Positions 14,239 to 25,580 of a stretch of 64,000 nucleotides of DNA are shown piece after piece. The notes beneath the pieces were generated by a model, which was given only the letters and a program-made list of their open reading frames with translations, made no database searches and was not told the DNA's origin. The DNA is from Octopus vulgaris. Its lineage: Eukaryota. Every line of letters starts with the position of its first letter. Position 1 is the first letter of the stretch. The stretch spans positions 138,942,001 through 139,006,000 of the forward strand of contig OX597814.1 of assembly GCA_951406725.2 (NCBI GenBank), in the 5' to 3' direction. A program made the position numbers and the translations under genes.

Positions 14239-14260
14239 GTTATACAGAGACACGGCAAGA

Positions 14261-14297
<37 letters not shown>

Positions 14298-14301
<4 letters not shown>

Positions 14302-14576
14302 GTCACTAAATATGACAAGGGTTTTAGAACACTTACATTTCTAGAAATAAGACCCAAAAGCTCTAATCATGTAGTTAAAGCACATAATTGTATACAAATG
14401 AACTGACAGGGAATTAGGCGAGACTGACCTATCGGTGTAGGGCGATTACATTCTCTGTCAGTTCATATTTATACAATTATGACAATTATGAGCTTTAACG
14501 ATAGCAATAGAGCCTTTAGCTCTTATTTCAAGCAATAATAGGTACCCTAACACCCTAGTCATATTTAGCAGCAACT
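14298..14576. repeat. Fold-back element whose two ends are the terminus shared by the hammerhead elements at 7936 and 25312
   Basis: AATTGTCACTAAATATGACAAGGG...CTAGAAATAAGAC pairs with CTCTTATTTCAAG...CCCTAGTCATATTTAGCAGCAACT. Inner arms 14383-14414 and 14450-14481. Confidence 0.8.
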
Positions 14577-14666
14577 ATTGTTTTCCTTTTTGGTAAATAA
14601 TTGCATATGGCTGTCTATATCAATTACACATAAATTGATAAAAAAATATATATATAGCAATTATAT

Positions 14667-14944
14667 GGCGTAGTGCTTAAGAGCGCGGGCCACTAATCCC
14701 AAGATTCCGAGTTCGATTCCAGGCAGTGCCATTAATAATAATAATAATAATAATAACAACATCCAAAAATACCTTAGGACTGAGAACCCAGGTTCGAAAT
14801 TTCCCCAAGACTCCTGATGAAGGCTGGAGGGTATATCAGCCGAAACGTTGTGTTAAGAACAAACAAGATGAATATAAATATCCGTCAAATATAAATAATG
14901 TAAATAATGTACATAATTCCTCATCTCTTAAATGTAGAACTGTA
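14667..14944 (+). mobile_element. Short element: tRNA-like Pol III head, (AAT)n, hammerhead and tail, sitting between TA tracts
   Basis: GGCGTAGTGCTTAAGAGCG (A-box-like), GAGTTCGATTCC (B-box, 14709-14720), hammerhead at 14809-14854, TA tracts on both sides. Confidence 0.7.
14809..14854 (+). ncRNA. Minimal type I hammerhead ribozyme motif
   Basis: GACTC CTGATGA A GGCTG gagggtatat CAGCC GAAA CG TT GTGTT: intact core, 5-bp stem II, palindromic AACGTT stem III, one mismatch in stem I. Confidence 0.7.
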
Positions 14945-14955
14945 TTATATATATG

Positions 14956-14994
<39 letters not shown>

Positions 14995-15334
14995 GGGGGG
15001 AGATTTTACTCGTAGAAATTCCAACTTAGTCTGATTTTCTCGTTTTATTTACAATCTTATAATAATATAATACATGATGAAATAAAATAAAATGATAGAA
15101 TATTAAATGTCCGTTCTGATTGAACTAATACTTCCATGCATAAAGCTATGCAATCTTCAGGTCCATGTAGTAGTGGTGACAGTTATGTTTTACAATTTAC
15201 ATATATATATGTGTGTGTGTGTGTGTGTATATCTGTGTGTATGTGTGTGTGTCTGTGTCTGTGTGTTACAGCGTGTATATCGTTGGCGATTTCCTTTCTC
15301 CGTCTTCCTTTCCTTGGTCCTTTCCTCTTTCTCC

Positions 15335-15369
15335 ATTTCTGACGAAGAGCTCCGCTCGAAACGTTAAAT
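15335..15369 (+). ncRNA. Minimal type I hammerhead ribozyme motif
   Basis: ATTT CTGACGA A GAGC tcc GCTC GAAA CG TT AAAT: all three stems pair, core is canonical, stem III is the palindrome AACGTT. Confidence 0.75.
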
Positions 15370-15481
15370 CCTCCTTCTTTCTTTCCTTTCCTGGGCGTCC
15401 AGTTCCACGTCCTCGCGTTGTTGTGTTTTCTCTTTGTTCATGTTTGGATTAACTGTGTGTGTACGTATATATATATGTATG

Positions 15482-15532
<51 letters not shown>

Positions 15533-15612
15533 GAGACAAAACCACTATTTTAAAACCAAACAAGGAAAGACTTAATCAATACATAAAATTTTAATATAAA
15601 TTAAATAAACCG

Positions 15613-15656
15613 CCACTACAAATGTTTCATGTCTGCTACCGACAATCTTCAGGTGG
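15613..15656 (-). ncRNA. Type I hammerhead motif (left arm of the fold-back)
   Basis: Minus strand reads CCAC CTGAAGA T TGTC ggtagca GACA T GAAA CA TT TG TA GTGG. Confidence 0.7.
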
Positions 15657-15685
15657 ATTTTGATACTGATTAGAAGATCGAAAAT

Positions 15686-15729
15686 CCACCTGAAGATTGT
15701 CGGTAGCAAACATGAAACATTTGTAGTGG
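15686..15729 (+). ncRNA. Type I hammerhead motif (right arm of the fold-back)
   Basis: CCAC CTGAAGA T TGTC ggtagca AACA T GAAA CA TT TG TA GTGG, with one stem II mismatch relative to the left arm. Confidence 0.65.
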
Positions 15730-15902
15730 CGGTTTATTTAATTTATATTAAAATTTTATGTATTGATTAAGTCTTTCCTTGTTTGGTTTTAAAATAGTGG
15801 TTTTGTCTCGAATTATATTATATAATATTTTACTATAAAATTGGATTTAACCCTAAATCTGATTTTTTCCCTGTAATTTTGGATTCATTCCCTAATATTT
15901 AT

Positions 15903-15944
<42 letters not shown>

Positions 15945-15962
15945 GCGTATGTGTGTGATTAA

Positions 15963-16032
15963 TAAGTGCAATGTAATACTATAAAACCATAAAAGTTTTC
16001 TTTTATGGTTTTATAGTATTACATTGCACTTA
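15963..16032. repeat. Perfect hairpin with 33-bp arms and a TTTT loop
   Basis: TAAGTGCAATGTAATACTATAAAACCATAAAAG tttt CTTTTATGGTTTTATAGTATTACATTGCACTTA. Confidence 0.95.
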
Positions 16033-16243
16033 ATAATCACACACACACGCACACACACACACACATATACGTGTGTGTGTGTGTGGTGTTAGGTCATTTG
16101 ATTGATATGTTGCTAATTCAAAGTCCAAATTCATAAATGTGTGACATCTAACGGTAATTTTCTGGCTTCTCCACGTTAGGAATGATTGGATGAGGTAATA
16201 TACTCTTATCATATATGTGTGCGTGTATGTATATATGTGTGTA

Positions 16244-16289
<46 letters not shown>

Positions 16290-16406
16290 GAGTAAATAAA
16301 ACAGATATATATTGTAGATGTTATGAATATTGAAAGAATGAAAAAGACAACATAGGAAGAAAAAAGTTTAGTAGGTATGGTATTAAAAATTATTGTATTA
16401 GGGGCT

Positions 16407-16437
16407 GAACGTTTCGTGCGTTATTCTTTCATCAGAA
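16407..16437 (-). ncRNA. Decayed minimal hammerhead-like motif
   Basis: Minus strand reads TT CTGATGA AAGAATAACGCAC GAAA CG TT C. Core and AACGTT are present but stems I and II are eroded. Confidence 0.35.
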
Positions 16438-16981
16438 GTAACTGAAAAGAGTAGAAAGAGTGAGAGATGAAATATCGGTAGGTGTAAAAGTGAACAGCTA
16501 GAAGCCATGTGGGAGTGTGGGGAAGTTATAAAGGGAGAATAGGCGAGCGAGTATGTGTAATTATAGAAATGCATCTATGTTTATAAACAGCGAATGGAAA
16601 GCATGGTGTCGGGAGCATTTGTTCAATGAGATGTATGCGTGTAGTAGTGCACATGTACGGAAGTATAGGGGTGTAGGGTAGTGGGGTGAGATGTTAGAGC
16701 GTTTGTGTATGTAAGCGTTAAGTGTGGTGGGGAAAACGTGGATGTGAGTAAGTGGGAACGTGTAGGAATCTGTTGTTAAAAGCAACGAATAAGAAATGTG
16801 GAAGGTGTGAAAGAAGAGTGTGCAAAACGATAGATACAGACATTGTTATATGAAAGGAAGAGATGAACAAAAATAGTGAAAGTAAGATCAAATAAGCAGA
16901 TTCAGAGAGAGAAAAATCAGCGGAACATTTGAGGCTCGCGCACACACATGCACACGAACACACACACACATATATATGAAG

Positions 16982-17049
<68 letters not shown>

Positions 17050-17669
17050 GTATGCTCATATATATATGTGTGTGTGTCTGTGTGTATGCGTCTGTGTGTG
17101 TATGTGTGTGTATGTGTGTGTGTCTGCATTCGTATGCATATGTGATATGGGTGTAGACGTATTTGTGTGTTTAATGAACATCATATACATTCATATATAA
17201 GTGAATAGCTCATGTCCCTTAAGCCATTAATTTCTACTTTAAACTTGACTGTAATAACTCTTGTAAACATTAAGTATTTTTCATGCTACATGAAATAATT
17301 TAATTTTTGAATCACTTATTATTTCAAATGTATAAATTATATTAGAAATGGATAAATTACATTACAAATGTATGAATTACATTAAAAATGTATGAATTAT
17401 GTTGCAAACTTGATTTTAAGGATGTTTTCTTTCCCTCTTCCTTTCATGTGTCGATTGTTATGAACTAAGGGCATTCATTTATTAAAAACAAACGCAAATA
17501 TTTTCACGCAAATATGAGCTCGTGCAAGTAGACACATAGACACACATACGTATGTAAATATATACATATATGCATTATTTTCTAATAATGCTTGAATTTA
17601 TCCTTCCAACTATATATGTGTGTATGTAGTTTTTTTATGTAATACACAAACAGGTACATAAACACACAC

Positions 17670-18085
<416 letters not shown>

Positions 18086-18168
18086 GAATTCACAAAAAAC
18101 AAAAAAGAAGACCGGTGGTGTAGACAACAAAGAGATGTATTAGTTTAACGCTCGGGAAGTGAAAACGT

Positions 18169-18204
18169 CTTTAACGATTCGAGCCTACGGTCTTCCACAG
18201 AAAG
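18169..18204 (-). ncRNA. Decayed hammerhead-like motif with variant core CUGUGGA
   Basis: Minus strand reads CTTT CTGTGGA A GACC gtag GCTC GAAT CG TT AAAG. Same element family as 7517-7700. Confidence 0.4.
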
Positions 18205-18464
18205 AAACAAGGAGAGAAAATTAAAAATGTGTAGTGGCTATACATACACACACACATATGCATACACTTGTATATAACATGCTGCTACGCAGCTTCTGCC
18301 TATTAGTTTCACTCACATAGCATAAGTTGTCTTGCATAAAACATTGTAGAACAAACTTGCTCAGTCTACTATATAGTCAGAATGAACGCGAGAGTATCTT
18401 GGATGTGAAATTCTGCGAGGTTCCGACGTTCTACGGTTTTGCAAATGCATCACCCGTCAGTCAA

Positions 18465-18750
18465 AGAAGAAGAAGAAGAAGAAGAAGAAGAAGAAGAAGA
18501 AGAAGAAGAAGAAGAAGAAGAAGAAGAAGAAGAAGAAGAGAAGAAGAAGAAGAAGAAGAAGAAGAAGAAGAAGAAGAAGAAGAAGAAGAAGAAGAAGAAG
18601 AAGAAGAAGAAGAAGAAGAAGAAGAAGAAGAAGAGGAGAAGAAGAAGAAGAAGAAGAAGAAGAAGAAGAAGAAGAAGAAGAAGAAGAAGAAGAAGAAGAA
18701 GAAGAAGAAGAAGAAGAAGAAGAAGAAGAAGAAGAAGAAGAAGAAGAAGA
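18465..18750. repeat. (GAA)n tract, about 95 units
   Basis: Direct reading. One phase slip near 18540 and one GAG unit near 18634. Confidence 0.98.
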
Positions 18751-19452
18751 ACCAATTACATCAAATACAGAATAGACAATACATCAGATAGTGATAAGTG
18801 AAGAATTTGTGAACAAAATGGTGAAATCGTATGGCATATTACTATTCAATGTATGCCACTAGCCCAGAAAGAATATAAGAGACGTCATGACAATATAGCA
18901 AGGATTGTCCAGTGGACACTTTGAAACAAGTATGGACTTGACAGAGGAAAAAAACGCTACGAGCATAAACCCGAAGGCATCATCGAAAATGATAATGCAA
19001 AGATCCTATGGGATTTTATGATTTAGTGCTACCATGAGATAGAAAATAGGAAACTAGGCATATTGTTAATTGAGAGAGATTGCAAACGATGCTGGATCAT
19101 AGATATAGCATGCCCAGCTGACAACAAGGTATACGATAAGGAAGAAAGAAAAGTCGATAGATATGACCGGTTAGCTTGGAAGGTGAAGTAGTTGTGGTCG
19201 CTGAAGAAGGTGGTAGTATTACCAATAATTGTCGGAGCCCTGGGAACAGTAAGTAAAAGTCTTGAGAAGTACATGGAACAGATAGGGGCTGCAATAAGGG
19301 TGGAGAACTTCGAGAAACTAGCACTGTTTGGAACCGCTCGAATACTCCGGATGGTGCCGGAAAAATAAGGGATGTTACCTTAGTTCACTGGTAGGGAACA
19401 ACTGACACCATAGCACATCTCCAGAGTTAGAAGTCGTGCAAAGACAATAAAA
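18748..19452 (+). mobile_element. 5'-truncated R4/Dong-type non-LTR retrotransposon (CCHC, REL endonuclease, 3' UTR), pseudogenised
   Basis: A single frame with stops reads RTNYIKYRIDNTSDSDK*RICEQNGEIVWHITIQCMPLAQKEYKRRHDNIARIVQW...KILWDFMI...CWIIDIACPADNKV...VLPIIVGALGTV...LALFGTARILRMV. Ends in (AAC)n(AAT)n. Confidence 0.92.
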
Positions 19453-19456
19453 TAAT

Positions 19457-19541
<85 letters not shown>

Positions 19542-19544
<3 letters not shown>

Positions 19545-20098
19545 GCCCTGATGCAGTACCAGGCAGTGACTTTCATGGCTTCTGATCATAACTGATTGGA
19601 AGTGTTATCATGTACATTGTTTTCTCTTGGTATAAAAGATGGGCTACAGCAAACATTCTGCTCAATACCACATATTTACTTGTCAGCTGTTTGACCGTAA
19701 CCAGTTGAGCATGTTTCTTAGTGTATGACGATACGTGCATCTCTGATCACGAGCAGAAGTAGTGGGGGAGTATTATATCCATGTGCTTAAAGGAATTATT
19801 TGGGGTTTGAATAATTCAACTCTGGAAACATGGGTACTTCGTTCAACATCCTTAAACAACCCTTATTCAGGGACCTTTTGAGCGGGATGGGTTACTCGAC
19901 CAGAAGAAAATTCTAATTGGGTCCCACCTGCAAGGTCATGTGCTGTTTATCGTCATATGAGATCACCATGTCACGCACCTATGGTTGTGATGCATGTGCC
20001 TGGTGTACCCTTATCAGACGGGTAGTCATGCTGGGTATACTGGGCATCACGTATTTTACCCCAGTGTCACTTTGATGTTATGCAGTGCACTCTCACTC

Positions 20099-20100
<2 letters not shown>
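19542..20100. mobile_element. Non-coding segment of about 560 bp bounded by (AAT)n tracts, probable non-autonomous or UTR-derived element
   Basis: Complex, GC-richer sequence with sharp boundaries at (AAT)n on both sides and no transposon protein motif. Confidence 0.45.
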
Positions 20101-20195
<95 letters not shown>

Positions 20196-20201
20196 TTAAT
20201 A

Positions 20202-20266
<65 letters not shown>

Positions 20267-20269
20267 AAT

Positions 20270-21022
20270 GCCTGAAGAAAGGAACACTAAAAAAAGAGAC
20301 CGAGAGGGCTGAAAAAAGGAACACTAACAAAAAAATGAGAGAGAGAGAGAGACCGAGAACATTATAATGGCAGAACAAGGCGAAGCTTTGGCCACGAACT
20401 GAAAGGTCAACCTTAGGAATAAGCAAGTGTCTCCGCTGTGCCGCGTATGTAATAGAGTGGATGAAGTCATTGCCTATATCACGAACGAATGCCTTAGACT
20501 TGCCCCAAACCACTAAAAGTTGTGGCGACAAGTTTTGGTAGCGAAGTGCTACATTGGAAAATGTGCAAAACTTGGGGGCTAGAAACAGGCAAGACGTGAT
20601 AAGAGCACAAACCGCAGAGAATGGAGGAGTTGGAGACTTACAAAAAATCCTCTGGAATTTCCCAATTCAAACAGATCAGGTGCTAGAGCATAACGGGCCG
20701 GACCTAGTGGTAGTGGACAAGGTGCACCACATATGCTATATAGTTGATGTTGCGTGCCCTTTGGCCCAGGAATAGTCAAGAAGGAAGGCGAAAAGCTAGA
20801 TAAATACAATTCACTTAAGTACGAAATATGCATCAAGAAGAATATAAAAGAAACTGGAATAGAAGACCCAATAGAACTGTTACAAAAGGTCTGCCTCCTT
20901 CGCACGGCCAGAATGATCAGGATAGTAATAGATAGCTGAAAAGAACAGATAGCATGGTAGCAATCCCCCTACGCATACAAGACTCCGGGAGTTACAATAA
21001 ACCTGTGACCTTTGAAAAAAGA

Positions 21023-21025
<3 letters not shown>
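20270..21025 (+). mobile_element. Second 5'-truncated R4/Dong-type LINE fragment
   Basis: ETENIIMAEQGEALATN, SPLCRVCNRVDEVIAYITNEC, LHWKMCK, KILWNFPIQTDQVLEHNGPDLVVVDK, YIVDVACP, EKLDKYNSLKYEI, LLQKVCLLRTARMIRIVI. Ends in (AAT)n. Confidence 0.9.
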
Positions 21026-21088
<63 letters not shown>

Positions 21089-21119
21089 CGACGATGATGA
21101 CGATGATAACAATGATGAC

Positions 21120-21885
21120 TTCAAAGTTTGGCACAGCAATTTCGGGGGAGGGATAAGTTGACTGCATCGTCCCCTCCCCAATACTTAGCTGGTACTCACT
21201 TCATCGACCCCGAAAGGATGAAAGGCAAAGTCAACCTCGGCCGAATTTGAACTCAGAACGTGTAGACGGGCGAAATGTCGCTAAGCATTTTGCACGGCGA
21301 GCAATCGATTCTGCTATAGGCACAAGGACTGACATTGTGGAGGGAATGCTTGTCGATAACATTGAACCCAGGTACTTATTTTATCGACCTCGGAAGGTTG
21401 GAAAGCAAAATCGACCAAGGCAGAATTCGAACACTGGACTTATAAAGATTGACGTTTTGCCGCTAAGCATGTTGTACGCCATGCTAACGATTCTACCAGT
21501 TCGCCATTTTCATGTTATTATAATCCACTCTACAGTAGGTATAAGGCTTGAAATGATGAGGGTCGGTCTAGTCGAGGATATCAACCTCAGTCCTTGACTG
21601 GTAATTAATTAATTTATCGGCCCCGAATGATGAAAGGCAAATTCGACCTCAGCGGCATTTGAACTCAGAACGTAAAATATCGTTAAGCATTTTGTCGTGC
21701 TAAATTAATATTGTTATAATAATAGTACTAATAATCCATTGGATTTCTTCATTATACATGTAATACATCTGATTGTTTCGACCCCAATGAACCCCGAAAT
21801 ATAAAAGGCAAATTCGATCTCAGCAGAATTTGAAGTCAGAACGTAAAGGCAGATGAAATACGGCTTAGCATTTTGTCCGGCATAA
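21120..21885 (-). mobile_element. Array of about four SINE family A copies
   Basis: Repeated GACCCCGAAAGGATGAAAGGCAAAGTCAACCTCGG...GAATTTGAACTCAGAACG variants near 21206, 21386, 21620 and 21790. Confidence 0.85.
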
Positions 21886-21893
21886 TATCATAA

Positions 21894-22143
21894 TATTGGA
21901 GTTGGTGCATAATTACTGCGGCTTTTTCTTTTTCAGCAAATTTTATTCTACAAGAGCAATAGCAATATTTAACAAAGACATCTTTAAATGACGGTCTGAC
22001 CGTCTGCCGAGCAAATGGGAAGCAGTAATTGAAGTAGATGGTGAATATGCTCCGGAATAATCATTTAAATATGTTTTTGTTACATTTTGTTATTATTTTT
22101 ATTGAATAAAATTTGTTGAAAAGCCCAATAATAAAGCCCAATA
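21894..22143 (+). mobile_element. Mariner-derived MITE retaining the transposase C-terminus
   Basis: Mariner-like left end TATTGGAGTTGGTGCATAATTA, inverted TTCAGCAAATTTTATTC / GAATAAAATTTGTTGAA, internal DRLPSKWEAVIEVDGEYAPE*. Confidence 0.75.
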
Positions 22144-22768
22144 ATAATAATACTGAAAATACTTTGGATTTCTTCATTTTAAATGTAATACAAGAGATTT
22201 TTTTTTTAAAAATAACAATGTTTCTGATGTAGAACGACGAAACTGAAGAAGAAGACGAAAAGGTAGATGAGTACTAAAAATATTGGCAGAAATATGTTTT
22301 CTATTTAGTTTATAACATTCTATTTAATTGCACATGTGTCATATGAGATGATGTCTTCCATATTGTACATGGCATAACAAAAAAAAAAAGAAACAATAAC
22401 TTGAAGTTGTTTTGCTTGTTGGTTTGTCTGTCAGCTTTTAGAAGTTGTGTGTGTGTGTGTCTATGTGAATATCTATATGTTCGTGTATATACGTATTCTT
22501 ATGTGTGTATGTACGTGTTTGCACGTACTTGTATCTGAAGTGATATCTTTGTATTATAAGTATGTATGTGCGATTCTGTTAAAACGTGAGCATACCTCTA
22601 CCAATGAATATGTATGTGCGTGTCTTTATATGGACGTGTGTTTCTTGTCTTTGTATGTGTATGTGTGTGTTTTGCATGTGTGTGTCTGTATAACTTTATG
22701 TGATTGTATGTGACTTTGTATGTGTGAGAGAGAGTGTTAGAGTAGGAGAGAGAGAGAGAGAGAGAGTG

Positions 22769-22828
<60 letters not shown>

Positions 22829-24036
22829 CGTGTGCGTGTCTGCATGGTTAAACACGTGCAGAAGAGCATGGCCAGGAAATGAGTATTTTTATGCATTTAC
22901 TATATTTGTAAATACCTAAGTGTGTGAAATTCATGCATGTATGCGTGTCTACATATGGCATATATGGGCTTTTATGTGTGTCAGTTTCTGAGTGTATATG
23001 TATGTGTGTGTTTCTGTGTGTGCATATAGGCATCTGTGTGCCTGTGCGTTTACATAATTATTAATAATTATGTATATATTCATGTAAGATGGTGTGAGTA
23101 TTCATACAATTGTTATACACCGAACATATAACATTATTTTCTGTATACGTGCATCGGTGTATGCATGTGTGTGCAAATGTGTGTATGTGTGTATGTGTAT
23201 GTATGTGTGTGTGTATATCTGTGTACATATATATGTGTGTTTGTGTGAGCCCATATATGATCATAAAGGCATAGATATTACCATGTGTATGCGTGTGAAT
23301 GAGCATATTTATATAAATGACTGTTCGTGTATGTAACCACAAATGCACAAGTATTTTCTAGTCATGCTTTAGCGTAAGTGTAAGCGTATATACGTGTCAG
23401 TGTATAAGTCTGTGTGCGTATGCGTGTGTGTTCGCGCGCACGCGTGTGTTCTTTGCATTCGTACTTGCATATTAATTCAACGCAGTCGAGCGACATTTTA
23501 CGTCAAAATAATATTCATCAAGGCGGATACACTCCATTTTAAAACGATATCGCCTGAAGGAATTGCCAGACCTATTCTAAAAATCTGTCAAATTCCATCT
23601 AAGACATTAATAAAATCCCTTGTCGAAGTGGAATTGCTGTTTGCTATGCGTCGAAAATACAAAGACGTTAATAAGACTGATGTTAATTTTAAACTTTCAC
23701 AATCCACCTCAATACAATCACTAATGGTTTTCGTGCAATATTTGTGTGGATATCCACCACCGCAATTGGTTAGGATTCCTGATTAGTAAATTGGACAGTA
23801 TGTATGCAAAAATCTCCTTACAGATTAAACTTTATTTTGCATTCAACTGAAGCTATCAGCTCAAAAATTGTAATGTTAACATTGCCTTATATAATATTCA
23901 ATTTATTCAAACACCACGTTAGGGAATTGTCTTACGTAATAGAAACAGGTTAATATTTACAAACACGAGTTTTGTCAGTTTTAGTAGTTTTATACCCAAA
24001 CATACACAAGGACATATGAACGTCACACAGACACAC

Positions 24037-24069
<33 letters not shown>

Positions 24070-24218
24070 TATGTATGTTTCCAATATATAATGATATATT
24101 GATATATGTGTAAGATGCGAAATTGTGATCCTTGGGGCGATGACTGATGAGGAATTAGTTATGTCTTGCATGTGAGTTTTCCGTTCGTTGGGTTTCTCTT
24201 AAAGTATTGGAATGTATA

Positions 24219-24259
<41 letters not shown>

Positions 24260-24734
24260 ACCACACACATACACTCACCCCCCCCCCCATATATATATAT
24301 ATATATATATATATAAGTTTTGCTGAGGCACAAAATATCCCAAACCAACTTCACCTTACGTTCTTTTGAAACAAATTGAATATTCTATATTGTCTTTTAA
24401 CTTGTTTTTCTAAATGTATGAATGCTCCACGTTCAGTATTACTAGTAACTAGAGTTAGTTAAATTTTTTAATTATTATTTTAATCAGAATATTAATTTAA
24501 GTATTAAGCTCTTGAACAATAAATGAAAAGTGTGAATTATTCGTATCTGTTAGTATTATAATTGCAAACAATAACTAATATAATTAACTTGCTAATTGTC
24601 ACTGAGATACTTCCGAAGGAACAATAGATTATGAAGACATCTTCGCTCTCAGTAAAAAAGGATGTTCTCTTAAACGTTAGAATTGTTCTTAACATTTTTT
24701 AATGAATTTCACTTCTTTTGCTGGTTATATGCGC

Positions 24735-25125
24735 AGGTAAGGTTGCGTGGTTAAGAATTTCGCTTTCCAATACGTGGTCTTGGGTTTCCAATATGTGGTC
24801 AGGGTGACCAATGCTTTGTAAATGAATTAGTAGACAGAAACTTTGGAAGTTTATCACACATATGTGTGTGTGCGGGCATGTGTGTGCACTTGTGTGTGTC
24901 TGTGTGTGTGTGTTTTTGCGTGTGTGTGTTTTTGTGTATGTGTTTCCCCCACCACCATCGTTTGACGACGAGTGTTGGTTCTCTTATTTTTCTTTGACTT
25001 AAAGGTTCGAACTAAGAGGCTGGTAGAATAAATACTGAGTAAGATATCTTCGACTAAATGCTTGAAGGTGTCGATCTCGCATGGCTACAGACAAATTTCC
25101 GAAACAACTAAAGGACAAAGATAAA
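24735..25125 (+). mobile_element. Degraded SINE family B copy
   Basis: GGTTGCGTGGTTAAGAATTTCGCTT head, TAGTAGACAGAAACT, CCACCATCGTTTGACGACGAGTGTTGGT, GCATGGCTACAG. Confidence 0.7.
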
Positions 25126-25311
25126 CATCGAACCATTCAATGACGATAGCGATTGCTGTATATTCCGACATATCACAATTGAATTTTTCCTTTGCGCTTA
25201 TCTGTTTATATTAATTTTTTATATACGCATTAGCATTCCGCTAAATCATCCATAAATTCTTATTTATGGATGATTTAGTTCGTAGTTGCCGAACAAGTGC
25301 CGTTCGCGCGG

Positions 25312-25364
25312 TCCTCACTGAGGATGTCTGCGGAATAGACGAATCTAGACGTCTAGTATGAGGA
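25312..25364 (+). ncRNA. Type I hammerhead motif with a 12-nt palindromic stem III
   Basis: TCCTCA CTGAGGA T GTCTG cggaa TAGAC GAAT CTAGACGTCTAG TA TGAGGA: perfect 6-bp stem I and 5-bp stem II, but GAAA is changed to GAAT. Confidence 0.7.
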
Positions 25365-25507
25365 TTTTCGAGTTGGCATGGCACAGTTACCCTATCTGTG
25401 AGCATGTATCCCACCGAATTAAAAGTATTTTAACTCTTATTTCTAGCAATAAAGGTGCATCGGCAGTCTTAGTCACACTTAGTGACGATTGTATGTGTGT
25501 GTGTGTG

Positions 25508-25580
<73 letters not shown>

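Larger units (their letters stand above)
15529..15813. repeat. Near-perfect inverted repeat (arms about 133 bp) with a hammerhead in each arm
   Basis: ATTCGAGACAAAACCAC...CAGGTGGATTTT pairs with AAAATCCACCTG...GTGGTTTTGTCTCGAAT with about one mismatch. Flanked by (TA)n. Confidence 0.95.

Noticed and set aside
18327-18801. Poly-R/E/K ORFs of 120-154 aa
   Set aside because: They are readings of the (GAA)n tract. Only the last residues belong to the LINE relic.
23394-23786. 130-aa ORF in mostly unique sequence
   Set aside because: It starts with GTG in a microsatellite and has no recognisable domain or splice support. The length is compatible with chance.
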